A stretch of DNA of 64,000 bases from Candidatus Eiseniibacteriota bacterium (lineage in GTDB: Bacteria; Eisenbacteria; RBG-16-71-46; CAIMUX01): NCBI GenBank assembly GCA_020633975.1, contig JACKCR010000010.1, positions 65,839 to 129,838 of the forward strand. The letters run 5' to 3'. A program made the translations under genes and the position numbers. Position 1 is the first letter of the stretch; every line of letters begins with the position of its first letter. Positions 28,406 through 36,982 of the stretch are shown piece after piece. Under the pieces are notes generated by a model. That model made no database searches. It saw only the letters and a list, made by a program, of their open reading frames with translations, and had not been told where the DNA came from.

Positions 28406-29152
28406 ATGCATCGTGAACACGTCATGCTCCCGAGCGAACCGATGGGGCGCCGGGTCCATATCTGGAAGTACGGAACCTTCGGCCTGCCGCTTCTCGTCTT
28501 TCCATCCGCCGCGGGCATGGCCCACGAGTGGGAAGCCCACGGCATGATCGACGCAATGTCGGATTGGATCGAGTCCGCGAAGGTCAAGGTGTATTGCGTC
28601 GAGAGCAATGTCGCCGAAGCGTGGACCCGCAAGGACTCGGATCCGAACTGGCGCATCGAGCGACACGAGGCCTATGAGGCGTTCGTCCAGAACGAACTGA
28701 TCCCCTACATCCGTGAGGACTGCCGGACACCGGACATCGCCATCGGCGCAACCGGCACGAGCATGGGCGCGTTCTATGCCGCGAACTTCGCGCTGAAAGC
28801 GCCCGAAGCCATCCGCTGGGCGCTCTGCCTGAGTGGTCGCTACGACATCACCTGGATGACGGACGGGTTCAACAGCGACGGCGTCTACCGCACGAATCCG
28901 ATCGCCTACGTGCCCAACCTCGACGGCGAGCGTCTCGAGCGCATTCGTAAGAACACCCACCTCGTGCTCGTCTGCGGCCGAGGGAAGTGGGAGGATGGCA
29001 ACATCGAGGACACCGAACGCCTCGGTGCGCTGCTCACGACCAAGGGGATCAGCAACCAGGTCGACCTCTGGGGCTACGATGTCGCTCACGAGTGGGAGTG
29101 GTGGAAGCGGCAGGTTCGCTATCACCTCGGCCCGGTCGTCGGGAATCAGTGA
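28406..29152 (+). CDS. Alpha/beta-hydrolase, putative-esterase family.
   Basis: GTSMGAF nucleophile elbow (GxSxG) with downstream Asp/His candidates. SD AAAGGGGA. Confidence 0.65.
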   Translation: MHREHVMLPSEPMGRRVHIWKYGTFGLPLLVFPSAAGMAHEWEAHGMIDAMSDWIESAKVKVYCVESNVAEAWTRKDSDPNWRIERHEAYEAFVQNELIPYIREDCRTPDIAIGATGTSMGAFYAANFALKAPEAIRWALCLSGRYDITWMTDGFNSDGVYRTNPIAYVPNLDGERLERIRKNTHLVLVCGRGKWEDGNIEDTERLGALLTTKGISNQVDLWGYDVAHEWEWWKRQVRYHLGPVVGNQ

Positions 29153-29234
29153 CGTCTCGAGCGAGAAGCTGCCGAGCAGTCGACTTCCGAACAACGACTT
29201 CTGAGCAAGGGACTGCCGCGCAAAGGATTGAGGA

Positions 29235-30227
29235 ATGACCGCGACCTTTCCCGCCCTCGTCCTCCGCAAGGACGAGTCTGGTTCGATCCGCGCCGGATTC
29301 GAGGATCTGACGTCGAATGACCTACCCGAAGGAGACGTACTCGTCCGTGTCACCCATTCCAGCGTGAACTACAAGGACGGGCTCGCCATCACCGGGAAGG
29401 GGAAGATCGCGCGAAGTCTCCCCATGATCGCGGGAATCGACCTCGCTGGCGTCGTCGAGGAGTCGACTTCGGACGCATGGAAGGCAGGCGACCCCGTTCT
29501 CGCCACTGGCTGGGGACTGGGAGAAGAGCGGTTCGGTGGATACTCCCGATTCGCACGGCTGGACGGCTCGCTCCTCACGGCGATTCCCCGTGGATGGAGC
29601 GCAGCCACGGCAATGGCGCTCGGCACCGCTGGATTCACCGCGATGCTCGCAGTCTTCGCGCTGGAGGAGCGCGGGATACGGCCGGACGACGGCCCGGTCG
29701 TCGTCACAGGCGCGAGCGGGGGCGTCGGCTCGGTGGCCGTGGCTCTGCTCGCTCACGCCGGCTACACGGTGGCGGCGTCGACCGGCCGGCCCGAAAACCA
29801 CGACTACCTTCGGTCCCTCGGCGCAAACTCGTTCCTCGCGCGCGAGGATCTCGATCGAGACGCGAAGCCGCTCGAGTCCGACAAGTGGGCCGGCGCCGTC
29901 GACACGGTCGGAGGCCGCACCTTGGCCACCTTGGCCGCCCAAATCAAGCGGGGAGGCGCCGTTTCCGTCTGCGGGAACGCCGGTGGATTCCAGCTTCCCA
30001 CGACCGTCTTCCCCCTCATCCTCCGTGGAGTCGCACTTCTCGGCATCGACTCGAACTACTGCCCACCTCTCCGCCGCCGGGCTGCGTGGAATCGACTCGC
30101 GCTCGACCTGCCGGCCGATCGGATCGCGTCCTGGACCGAGACCGTGCCGTTCCGGAACCTACCCCAGGTGGCCGAGCGGATCACGAACGGTCAGGTTCGA
30201 GGACGGATCGTCGTCGAGGTCGAGTAG
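29235..30227 (+). CDS. YhdH/YhfP (AcuI-like) family NADPH:quinone oxidoreductase (medium-chain dehydrogenase/reductase, MDR, family).
   Basis: ALVL...[22 protein letters not shown] and [18 protein letters not shown] are hallmark motifs of the YhdH subgroup. Confidence 0.85.
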   Translation: MTATFPALVLRKDESGSIRAGFEDLTSNDLPEGDVLVRVTHSSVNYKDGLAITGKGKIARSLPMIAGIDLAGVVEESTSDAWKAGDPVLATGWGLGEERFGGYSRFARLDGSLLTAIPRGWSAATAMALGTAGFTAMLAVFALEERGIRPDDGPVVVTGASGGVGSVAVALLAHAGYTVAASTGRPENHDYLRSLGANSFLAREDLDRDAKPLESDKWAGAVDTVGGRTLATLAAQIKRGGAVSVCGNAGGFQLPTTVFPLILRGVALLGIDSNYCPPLRRRAAWNRLALDLPADRIASWTETVPFRNLPQVAERITNGQVRGRIVVEVE

Positions 30228-30398
30228 CCCAAACCCGGCGATCCAGGGTAGGCTCTTCCCGTACGCCGCCCTCGGCCCGGCGAAACCGGGACGCGTTCCA
30301 TGCGTCAGATCGAGGGACGTCCGCCGGCGTGCGGGACCGCAGCTCGGATCGCAAGGATCCGGCGCCGCGCGGGCCCTGGTCCCGCAAGGGAGGCTTTG

Positions 30399-30805
30399 TG
30401 ACTCAGAAGAAGGTTCGTCTCACGGAAGACCAGTGGCGTGAGAAGCTGTCGCCCGAGCAGTTCGAGATCGCTCGCCGTGGCGGCACGGAGCGCGCTTTCA
30501 CCGGGAAGTACTACGACAGCAAGGAGACGGGGATGTACCACTGCGTCTGCTGTGACGCACCCCTCTTCAGCTCGGAGACGAAGTACGACTCGGGGTCGGG
30601 CTGGCCCAGCTTCACGTCACCCGAACGGCCGGAGAACCTTCGTTTCGACTTCGACGATAGCTACGGCATGCGTCGCGTCGAAGTGCGGTGCGCCGTCTGC
30701 GACGCGCACCTAGGTCATGTGTTCGATGACGGCCCCACGGAAGAAGGGAAGCGGTTCTGCATCAACTCCGCGTCCCTCGACCTCCGATCCGAAGACGAGA
30801 AGTAG
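30399..30805 (+). CDS. msrB: Peptide-methionine (R)-S-oxide reductase MsrB.
   Basis: GTG start with a GGGAGG SD. The Zn-binding CxxC pairs are in [11 protein letters not shown] and [15 protein letters not shown]. Motif RFCINSASL with the catalytic Cys. Confidence 0.9.
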
Positions 30806-30832
30806 GGCCGAGTCGACCGACCGCACTCGGCC
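30806..30832. terminator. Hairpin GGCCGAGT-(11 nt)-ACTCGGCC immediately after the msrB stop. Putative terminator without a U-tract.
   Basis: A perfect 8-bp inverted repeat in the sequence. Confidence 0.3.
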
Positions 30833-30899
30833 ACGACATCGTCCGCGCCCGTGACGGCTAGGCGGGACGACGTGGCCAGAGCCGCTTCGGCAGGGAGGA

Positions 30900-31271
30900 C
30901 TACTCTTCTTCGCGCACCCGGAAGACCCAGGCGTCGGCTTCCCGGTGGACTTCCAACCAATGGTTGGGCAGAGCTTCGTCCGTGAGGCGGAGCTCTTTCT
31001 TGTTCGTCTTCTGGAGATAGAAGGCGACGGCAGCGGCGAGAGCCGCCTGCACTTCGTTGTCGTCCACTTCTTCGAGCTCGTCCGGGACCGGCATCGTCTC
31101 TACCGCACCGCCAGTCCTACGCTGCAGCTCAGCCATCACCATCCCGTACTGCACCGCGTCCCGTGGCTGGAACGGCCGAAGATCGTCCAAGTCGCTTTCG
31201 AGCTGTAGGAGTTCGGAGTCGGTCATGGAAAGGAGGTCGATCTCGAATCTAACGCGGTCGAAGGTGGCCAT
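30900..31271 (-). CDS. Small acidic hypothetical protein (123 aa).
   Basis: Clean ORF in an otherwise gene-free gap with good codon usage. No recognisable motif. Confidence 0.35.
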   Translation of the reverse strand: MATFDRVRFEIDLLSMTDSELLQLESDLDDLRPFQPRDAVQYGMVMAELQRRTGGAVETMPVPDELEEVDDNEVQAALAAAVAFYLQKTNKKELRLTDEALPNHWLEVHREADAWVFRVREEE

Positions 31272-31559
31272 GCTGTACTGCCTCCTCTGCAGAGCGCGGA
31301 GCGCGTTCGTCCGATGGATGTGAGGTCACGTCGGGTCCGCTCGATGGGCCACACTCCCTGTAGCCCCGCATATGTGTCTACCAGATCGCGTCTTGGTGCA
31401 AGTGAGGAATATTTGGCGCGCGGTTGGGACGTGGTTCACGCCACCTGCTGTGCCACGTAGTCATCGATTCTGAACGACTTGGAGCGATGGCAGGAACGAT
31501 CGTACAGACGCACCTTTTCTTCGGCGCTCTCTTCGATTTCGCGGGCCACTCCGTCGTCT

Positions 31560-33134
31560 TCAACTCTCGTCCGACGGCTTTCCAACCAACCGGTCGATCA
31601 TGGTCTTGCTGCCTTGGAGAGCGACGCGGTTCATGTAGAGCTGAACGCCGCGGAGGCCACCTAGCTCCTCCCCTCCTCCGGCGCGGCCCGGACCGCCGTG
31701 TTTGGAAAGCGGCAGCACGAGTCCCGAGCCCGGAGCCTGCTCGGCCATCTTCTTGGAGGCGAGGTAGAGACGACCGTTCCACGCGGCGGCCGTCGGGAGC
31801 AGCCGGCCAACCCAGTCTTCGTCGTCCGAGTAGAGCGAGGTCACGAGGCTTCCCTGCCCGAGCGCGACGATGCCAGCAGCGGCCTCGGCGCTGCCGTCGT
31901 AGGGGACCAAGGTCGCGACGGGACCGAAGATCTCACGGCTATGCACCGCCGGAACCTGCTCCGCGGATGACACGGAGAGGAGCGTCGCATCGACGTAGTA
32001 GCCCTTCCCGTCCGGCGCACCCCGCCCCTGGACGCGCTCCGCTCCACCGCAGACGACTTCGGCGCCGGACTGCACGACGAGCGAAATCCCCTCCAGAGTG
32101 TCCGCGAGTTGATCGGCGGTCGTGAGCGGACCCATCGTCACGGCTTCTTCGCGCGGATTCCCGACCACCACGTCTCCGAGCCGCGACGCGAGTTCGTCTC
32201 GGACCTCACTCAGCCGATCCTGAGGCACGAGGATGCGCCGCACGGCCGTGCACTTCTGGCCCGACTTCTGCGTCATCTCCCGAACGACCTCGCGGAAGAA
32301 GAGCGAGTACGTGTCGGACCCCGAGACGACGTCCGGAGCGAGAACCGCCGCATTCAGACTGTCCGCCTCGACATTGACTCGCACGCTTTGCGAGAGGATC
32401 CGCTCGTGGCTTCGGAGGTCGAGGCCCGTCGAAGCGGAGCCGGTGAACGCCAGGACGTCCTGCGGACCGAGGTGTGAGAGAAGATCACCGGCCGATCCGG
32501 CGATGAACGAGAGTGTCCCCGGAGGCGTGACGCCGGCGTCGACGAGGATGCGGACGCACCGCTCCGTGACCCACGCGGTGCTGGTCGCCGGCTTGATGAG
32601 GACCGGCATGCCTGCGAGGAACGCGCATGCGAGCTTCTCGGCGAAACCCCAGGCGGGGAAGTTGAACGCGTCGATGAGGACAGCCACACCGTGGCGGGGA
32701 ACGAACACGTGCTGTCCATAGAACCGGGCAGATCGCCCGAGTGCATCGCCCGAACCATCATGGAGGACCCGAGCGTCACCCAACGACTTCGAGAGGTGGG
32801 AATAGAAGGCGAGCGTCCCAGTGGCGCCATCGATGTCGAACTTCGCGTCGCGACGGGTCACACCGGTCGACTCGACGGAAAGGTCGAGGAGCTCCTCACG
32901 AACCTCTGCGAGCGCCTTCGACATCGCAGAGAGGAGTCCGCCCCGCTCCGCCATGGTGAGGTCCCTCAGCGCTGGCCCTCCTACGTCCCGCGCGAACCGG
33001 CACGCGGCGCCCATGTCCACGCCCTCGCTCGAGGCCTGAGCGATCTCCGCTTCGGTCGACGGATCGATCAGCGGCCGGAATCCGGAGGAGGCCCGGAACC
33101 AAGCCCCTGAGACATAGCTTTCGAGTGTGACCAT
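31560..33134 (-). CDS. Aldehyde-dehydrogenase-family protein (PaaN / 3,4-dehydroadipyl-CoA semialdehyde dehydrogenase-like).
   Basis: ATG preceded by an AAGGGAGG SD (reverse strand). ALDH motifs VLAFTGSASTG, EADSLNAAV (Glu), QKCTAV (catalytic Cys) and EIFGPV. Confidence 0.7.
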   Translation of the reverse strand: MVTLESYVSGAWFRASSGFRPLIDPSTEAEIAQASSEGVDMGAACRFARDVGGPALRDLTMAERGGLLSAMSKALAEVREELLDLSVESTGVTRRDAKFDIDGATGTLAFYSHLSKSLGDARVLHDGSGDALGRSARFYGQHVFVPRHGVAVLIDAFNFPAWGFAEKLACAFLAGMPVLIKPATSTAWVTERCVRILVDAGVTPPGTLSFIAGSAGDLLSHLGPQDVLAFTGSASTGLDLRSHERILSQSVRVNVEADSLNAAVLAPDVVSGSDTYSLFFREVVREMTQKSGQKCTAVRRILVPQDRLSEVRDELASRLGDVVVGNPREEAVTMGPLTTADQLADTLEGISLVVQSGAEVVCGGAERVQGRGAPDGKGYYVDATLLSVSSAEQVPAVHSREIFGPVATLVPYDGSAEAAAGIVALGQGSLVTSLYSDDEDWVGRLLPTAAAWNGRLYLASKKMAEQAPGSGLVLPLSKHGGPGRAGGGEELGGLRGVQLYMNRVALQGSKTMIDRLVGKPSDES

Positions 33135-33406
33135 GGACGAGACCTCCCTTGGCTGATCGGCCCGACGACTCCGCCCAAACCGGGTCGACCCAGACCAACG
33201 ACTCCGCGCGGCCCGCACGGGACCGAGTGGCACCGAGTGGCACCGAGTGGCTCAGACTACCGAAGCCTCGGGAGGAACGGAAGGCGTGAGGGGACGAGTC
33301 GAGCCAGGTACGATTCTGCCGGGAGTGGCGTATCTCCCGCCCGACTGCCGCCGTCCAGTAGGCATGGATCTGGTATCTTTCCGGACGCCGCGAGGGAGAA
33401 GACACA

Positions 33407-34915
33407 TTGGTCGCTATTGGATCCGACTACGAGCCTCGTAGACACGGAAGGACAACACAGCGCAGAAGCCGCATCCTCTGGCTCGGAGTGGTGATCCTGA
33501 CTTTGGCCTTGCGTGCGGGCCCGGCACGAACGGAGTCCCCTACGGACTCCGAACGGCCGCATCCCAACCTACTGTTCATCATCGTCGACACGCTCCGCAA
33601 GGATCACCTCGGCTGCTACGGCTACGACCGCGCCACGTCGCCGACCATCGATGAACTCGCCCGCACCGGCATCCGTTTCGAGGCCGCGTACTCCGTGGCT
33701 CCCTGGACTCTGCCTGCCAGCGCGACCTTGCTCTCGGGGCTCTACCCAAGTAGTCACACCGCGATCGAGTCGGACCGGATCCTCCCGTTGTCCGTGGAGA
33801 CATTGGCCGAACGGCTCGAGGCAAACGGCTACCACACGGGATCCTTCGTCTCGCACATCTACATGGCGAAGAACTACGAGATGTTCCAAGGCGTCGACAA
33901 GTTCAGAGTCCGCTATGGGCGGAGCACGAGGTTCGTCTCCACGGAGAAGGTCGTCGCGGACGCCCTGCAGTACATCGGTGGGATCTCGGAGTCTCAGCAG
34001 CCGTTCTTTACGCTCGTCCATCTCTTCGATCCGCACTACGAGTACGTCCGACATCAGGAGTTCGGCTTCGCCCCGGAGTCGGCGGGTCGGCTGTCCGGTG
34101 AGATTTCGATCGACGACCTCGAGGCGAAGCAGGAGTCGTTGACCGAGGAAGAGATCGCGCTCGCGAGAGCGATCTACGATGAGGAGATCGCCTTCACAGA
34201 CGCCGGAATCGGCCGCTTGCTCGCCGGGCTGGATGAACTCGGCGTCGGAGACGACACTGTTGTCGTTCTCGCCGCCGACCACGGGGAGGAGTTCCTCGAC
34301 CACGGACGCCTCGGACACGCACACACGCTCTACGACGAACTGCTGCGCGTTCCGCTCATCTTCCGACTCCCGGGCGGTGAGCACGGGGGCCAGGTGATCT
34401 CCGAACCGACCTCGACGATCCACGTCTACCCCACCATCCTCGATCTTCTCGGCCTCGAGCCGTCGTCCGCCGTCCAAGGCCAATCCTGGGCCAGACGGAT
34501 GCGCGGCGACGCGGACCAACCGTCTGGATCGTCGGATGAGGCGGGAGGCGCGACCGTGGGCGAGGCGGAGAACGTCTCCACCGAGTGGGCGTCGATTCCG
34601 GTAGCTCCACTCTTCGGAGCCGCGTTCGCCGAAGTCGACTCGGAACTCATGTCTGCTCATCTGCGGGCGTTGAGGCGGGGAGACCTCAAACTCATCCTCG
34701 ACCTCGACACCGGTCGCACCATGCTGTTCGACCTGTCGACCGACCCAGACGAAGCGCACGATCTCGCGGGCGAGCGCCCGGAAGTCGTCGTCGCCATGAG
34801 AGAAGAGCTCAAAGCGATGGTCTCCCTCTCACGCTCTCGTGAGGCCGAGGCCGGCAGGGCGAGCCTCACGCAGGAGGAGTACGATCTCCTCAAGAGCCTG
34901 GGCTACACGAACTAA
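33407..34915 (+). CDS. Sulfatase-like hydrolase/transferase (alkaline-phosphatase superfamily). It lacks the canonical C/S-x-P-x-R formylglycine motif.
   Basis: LLFIIVDTLRKDHLGCYG, LAADHGEEF and HGHAHT metal-site motifs. The FGly position reads WTLPASATLLSG. TTG start with a GAGGGAGAAG SD. TM/signal at the N-terminus. Confidence 0.75.
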   Translation: MVAIGSDYEPRRHGRTTQRRSRILWLGVVILTLALRAGPARTESPTDSERPHPNLLFIIVDTLRKDHLGCYGYDRATSPTIDELARTGIRFEAAYSVAPWTLPASATLLSGLYPSSHTAIESDRILPLSVETLAERLEANGYHTGSFVSHIYMAKNYEMFQGVDKFRVRYGRSTRFVSTEKVVADALQYIGGISESQQPFFTLVHLFDPHYEYVRHQEFGFAPESAGRLSGEISIDDLEAKQESLTEEEIALARAIYDEEIAFTDAGIGRLLAGLDELGVGDDTVVVLAADHGEEFLDHGRLGHAHTLYDELLRVPLIFRLPGGEHGGQVISEPTSTIHVYPTILDLLGLEPSSAVQGQSWARRMRGDADQPSGSSDEAGGATVGEAENVSTEWASIPVAPLFGAAFAEVDSELMSAHLRALRRGDLKLILDLDTGRTMLFDLSTDPDEAHDLAGERPEVVVAMREELKAMVSLSRSREAEAGRASLTQEEYDLLKSLGYTN

Positions 34916-34960
34916 ACGAACCCGCTCCACCCGACTCTCCCGGTGATAGACTGCGTTCCC

Positions 34961-36301
34961 ATGTCGCTCGAAACGCGCCGCATCTTTCAAACCTGGTGGC
35001 CTCTCGCGTTCAGCTGGCTCCTGATGGGGTTCGAGCTGCCGGCGGTCAGCGCGGTGATGGCGAGACTCGCGGAGCCACAGATCAGCCTGGCCGCGTACGG
35101 TGGGGTCGTCTTTCCGCTCGCCCTCATCATCGAAGCACCCGTCATCATGCTGCTCGCGGCGTCCACCGCACTCTGTCGAGACTGGCCGTCCTATCTCATC
35201 GTTCGGCGCTATATGTGGGGCGCCGCGCTCGTACTCACCGTAGTCCACGCATTGATCGCGTTCACGCCGCTCTTCGATCTCGTCGTCGGCGGGGTCATCG
35301 GGGCTCCGGCGGAGATCCAACCCGCCGCACGAATCGGACTCGGCATCATGACCCCGTGGAGCGGCGCGATCGCGTACCGAAGGTTTCAGCAGGGTGTGCT
35401 CATCCGATTCGGACGCTCTCGTGCAGTCGGTGCGGGCACTCTCGTCCGCTTGGCAGGACTCGCCACCGTGCTCACGGTCGGTGGGCTCTTCTGGAACGTG
35501 CCCGGAATCGTCGTCGGCGCGAGTGCAGTCGCCACCGGTGTCACGGCCGAAGCCATCGTTGCCGGGTTCTGGGTACGGCCGGTGCTCAGAGGCCCTCTCC
35601 GCCAAGCCCCTCCGGTCGTGCCCGCATTGACGTTCCGAGCCTTCCTCTCCTTCTACGTTCCGCTCGCGCTCACTTCACTCATCGGACTCATCGCCCTTCC
35701 GATGGGAAGCGCTGGGATGAGCCGGATGCCGCGAGCACTCGATTCTCTCGCCACCTGGCCCGTCCTCAACGGCTTCACATTCCTCTTCCGCGGAGTAGGA
35801 ATGGCGTTCAACGAAGTCGTCGTCGCCACACTCGATGCCCCCGACGCGGTGAACGCCCTCCGCCGGTTCGCACGCACGGCCGCCGCCATCGGAAGCGGAC
35901 TCTACTTCGTCATTTGCGCAACGCCCCTGATCGTGCTCTGGCTCGGCACGGTCTCCGCCCTACCGGAGCCGTTGGTCGAACTCGGAAGAAATGCTGCGTG
36001 GGTCTTCTTGCTCATGCCTGCGCATGGCTTCTTCCAGAGCTTCTACCAGGGAATCTTGGTCGACTCCCGGAAGACGCGCGCGATCACGGAAGCGATCGCG
36101 GTCTACCTGGCGCTTTCTGCCGTCGTCCTCGGAGTCGGGATCGTCTGGGGACGAACCCCGGGGCTGTACTTCGGGCTCGCCAGCGTGCTCCTCGGCGCTA
36201 TGGGCCAACTGGGTTGGCTCCGGTTCCGGGTTGCGAAAGAGCTGCGAAGGCGGGAGATCGCTGCGGCCGCAGGAGCCCCCAGCTCCGCAGTGCTTCCATA
36301 A
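34961..36301 (+). CDS. Polytopic (about 12 TM) membrane protein, MATE/MOP-flippase-superfamily-like. The start may instead be the GTG at 34943.
   Basis: Uniform hydrophobic helices with two repeated 6-TM halves. No soluble domain. Confidence 0.5.
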   Translation: MSLETRRIFQTWWPLAFSWLLMGFELPAVSAVMARLAEPQISLAAYGGVVFPLALIIEAPVIMLLAASTALCRDWPSYLIVRRYMWGAALVLTVVHALIAFTPLFDLVVGGVIGAPAEIQPAARIGLGIMTPWSGAIAYRRFQQGVLIRFGRSRAVGAGTLVRLAGLATVLTVGGLFWNVPGIVVGASAVATGVTAEAIVAGFWVRPVLRGPLRQAPPVVPALTFRAFLSFYVPLALTSLIGLIALPMGSAGMSRMPRALDSLATWPVLNGFTFLFRGVGMAFNEVVVATLDAPDAVNALRRFARTAAAIGSGLYFVICATPLIVLWLGTVSALPEPLVELGRNAAWVFLLMPAHGFFQSFYQGILVDSRKTRAITEAIAVYLALSAVVLGVGIVWGRTPGLYFGLASVLLGAMGQLGWLRFRVAKELRRREIAAAAGAPSSAVLP

Positions 36302-36414
36302 CACGTTACCTCCCTGCTGCTTGCACCCTACTCCCCCTGCCCTTTGCACCCTGTCCAGGCGGTACGACCCGCCCGGCGGCATTCGGTCATCTCCGGAAAG
36401 AAAGCGCTCAGAAT

Positions 36415-36474
36415 AACGGTTGCATTGTCGATAGTTGAAAGTATAACTATTGTACATCGAACCAAGGAGGCACC
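36415..36474 (+). promoter_or_regulatory. The only AT-rich patch in the window. It has a sigma70-like TTGCAT-N16-TATAAC element overlapping the palindrome ATAGTT-N8-AACTAT and TGTACA, then an AAGGAGG SD. This is a putative MarR operator/promoter.
   Basis: cggttgcattgtcgatagttgaaagtataactattgtacatcgaaccaaggaggcaccGTG. Confidence 0.5.
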
Positions 36475-36942
36475 GTGACCGACATCCGCGTGGATATCCC
36501 GCAGGACTTCGACGAGACGGGCCACGAGGCCCTCATGAACATCCTCTGGACCGGAACCCTTCTGAAGAAAGCATCCCGCCGGTTCTTCCGAGACACGGAG
36601 TTCTCGGAGGCGGAGTTCAACCTCCTCATCGTCTTGAGCTACAGCGACGAACCGCTCAGCCAAGTCGACGTCAGCGAACGGATGCTCGTCGACAAATCGA
36701 ACGTCACGTCCCTCATCGATCGACTCGAGACGGCGGGACTCATCGAACGGAAGCCCGTCCCCGAGGACCGGCGCCGCTACCACATCCATCTGACGCGCGA
36801 AGGGAAGCGTCGGATCGATGCCGTCGATCCGGTCTACCACGGGTTGGTCCGCGAAGTCATGAGCGGCCTGACCGAACGGGAACACCAAACGATCATCCGT
36901 CTCACCAGGAAGGTGCGAGAAGGATTGGCGAAGCACTTCTAG
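36475..36942 (+). CDS. MarR-family transcriptional regulator.
   Basis: The winged-HTH region LSQVDVSERMLVDKSNVTSLIDRLETAGLIERKPVPEDRRRYHIHLTREG is the canonical MarR recognition helix plus wing. Confidence 0.85.
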   Translation: MTDIRVDIPQDFDETGHEALMNILWTGTLLKKASRRFFRDTEFSEAEFNLLIVLSYSDEPLSQVDVSERMLVDKSNVTSLIDRLETAGLIERKPVPEDRRRYHIHLTREGKRRIDAVDPVYHGLVREVMSGLTEREHQTIIRLTRKVREGLAKHF

Positions 36943-36982
36943 TCACCTGGCTTTCCACGGAGTCCATCCTGGAGGTAGTGCC

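Noticed and set aside
29477-30398. The N-terminal 307 codons of ORF 29477..30805.
   Set aside because: They are an off-frame overlap of the YhdH-type oxidoreductase gene with an Arg-rich translation. Only the C-terminal MsrB portion, from the GTG at 30399 with a GGGAGG SD, is a real gene.
34996-36438. ORF 34996..36438 + (480 aa), an alternative frame across the MATE-like gene.
   Set aside because: Its translation is extremely Arg-rich, whereas frame 34943.. gives a coherent 12-TM protein.
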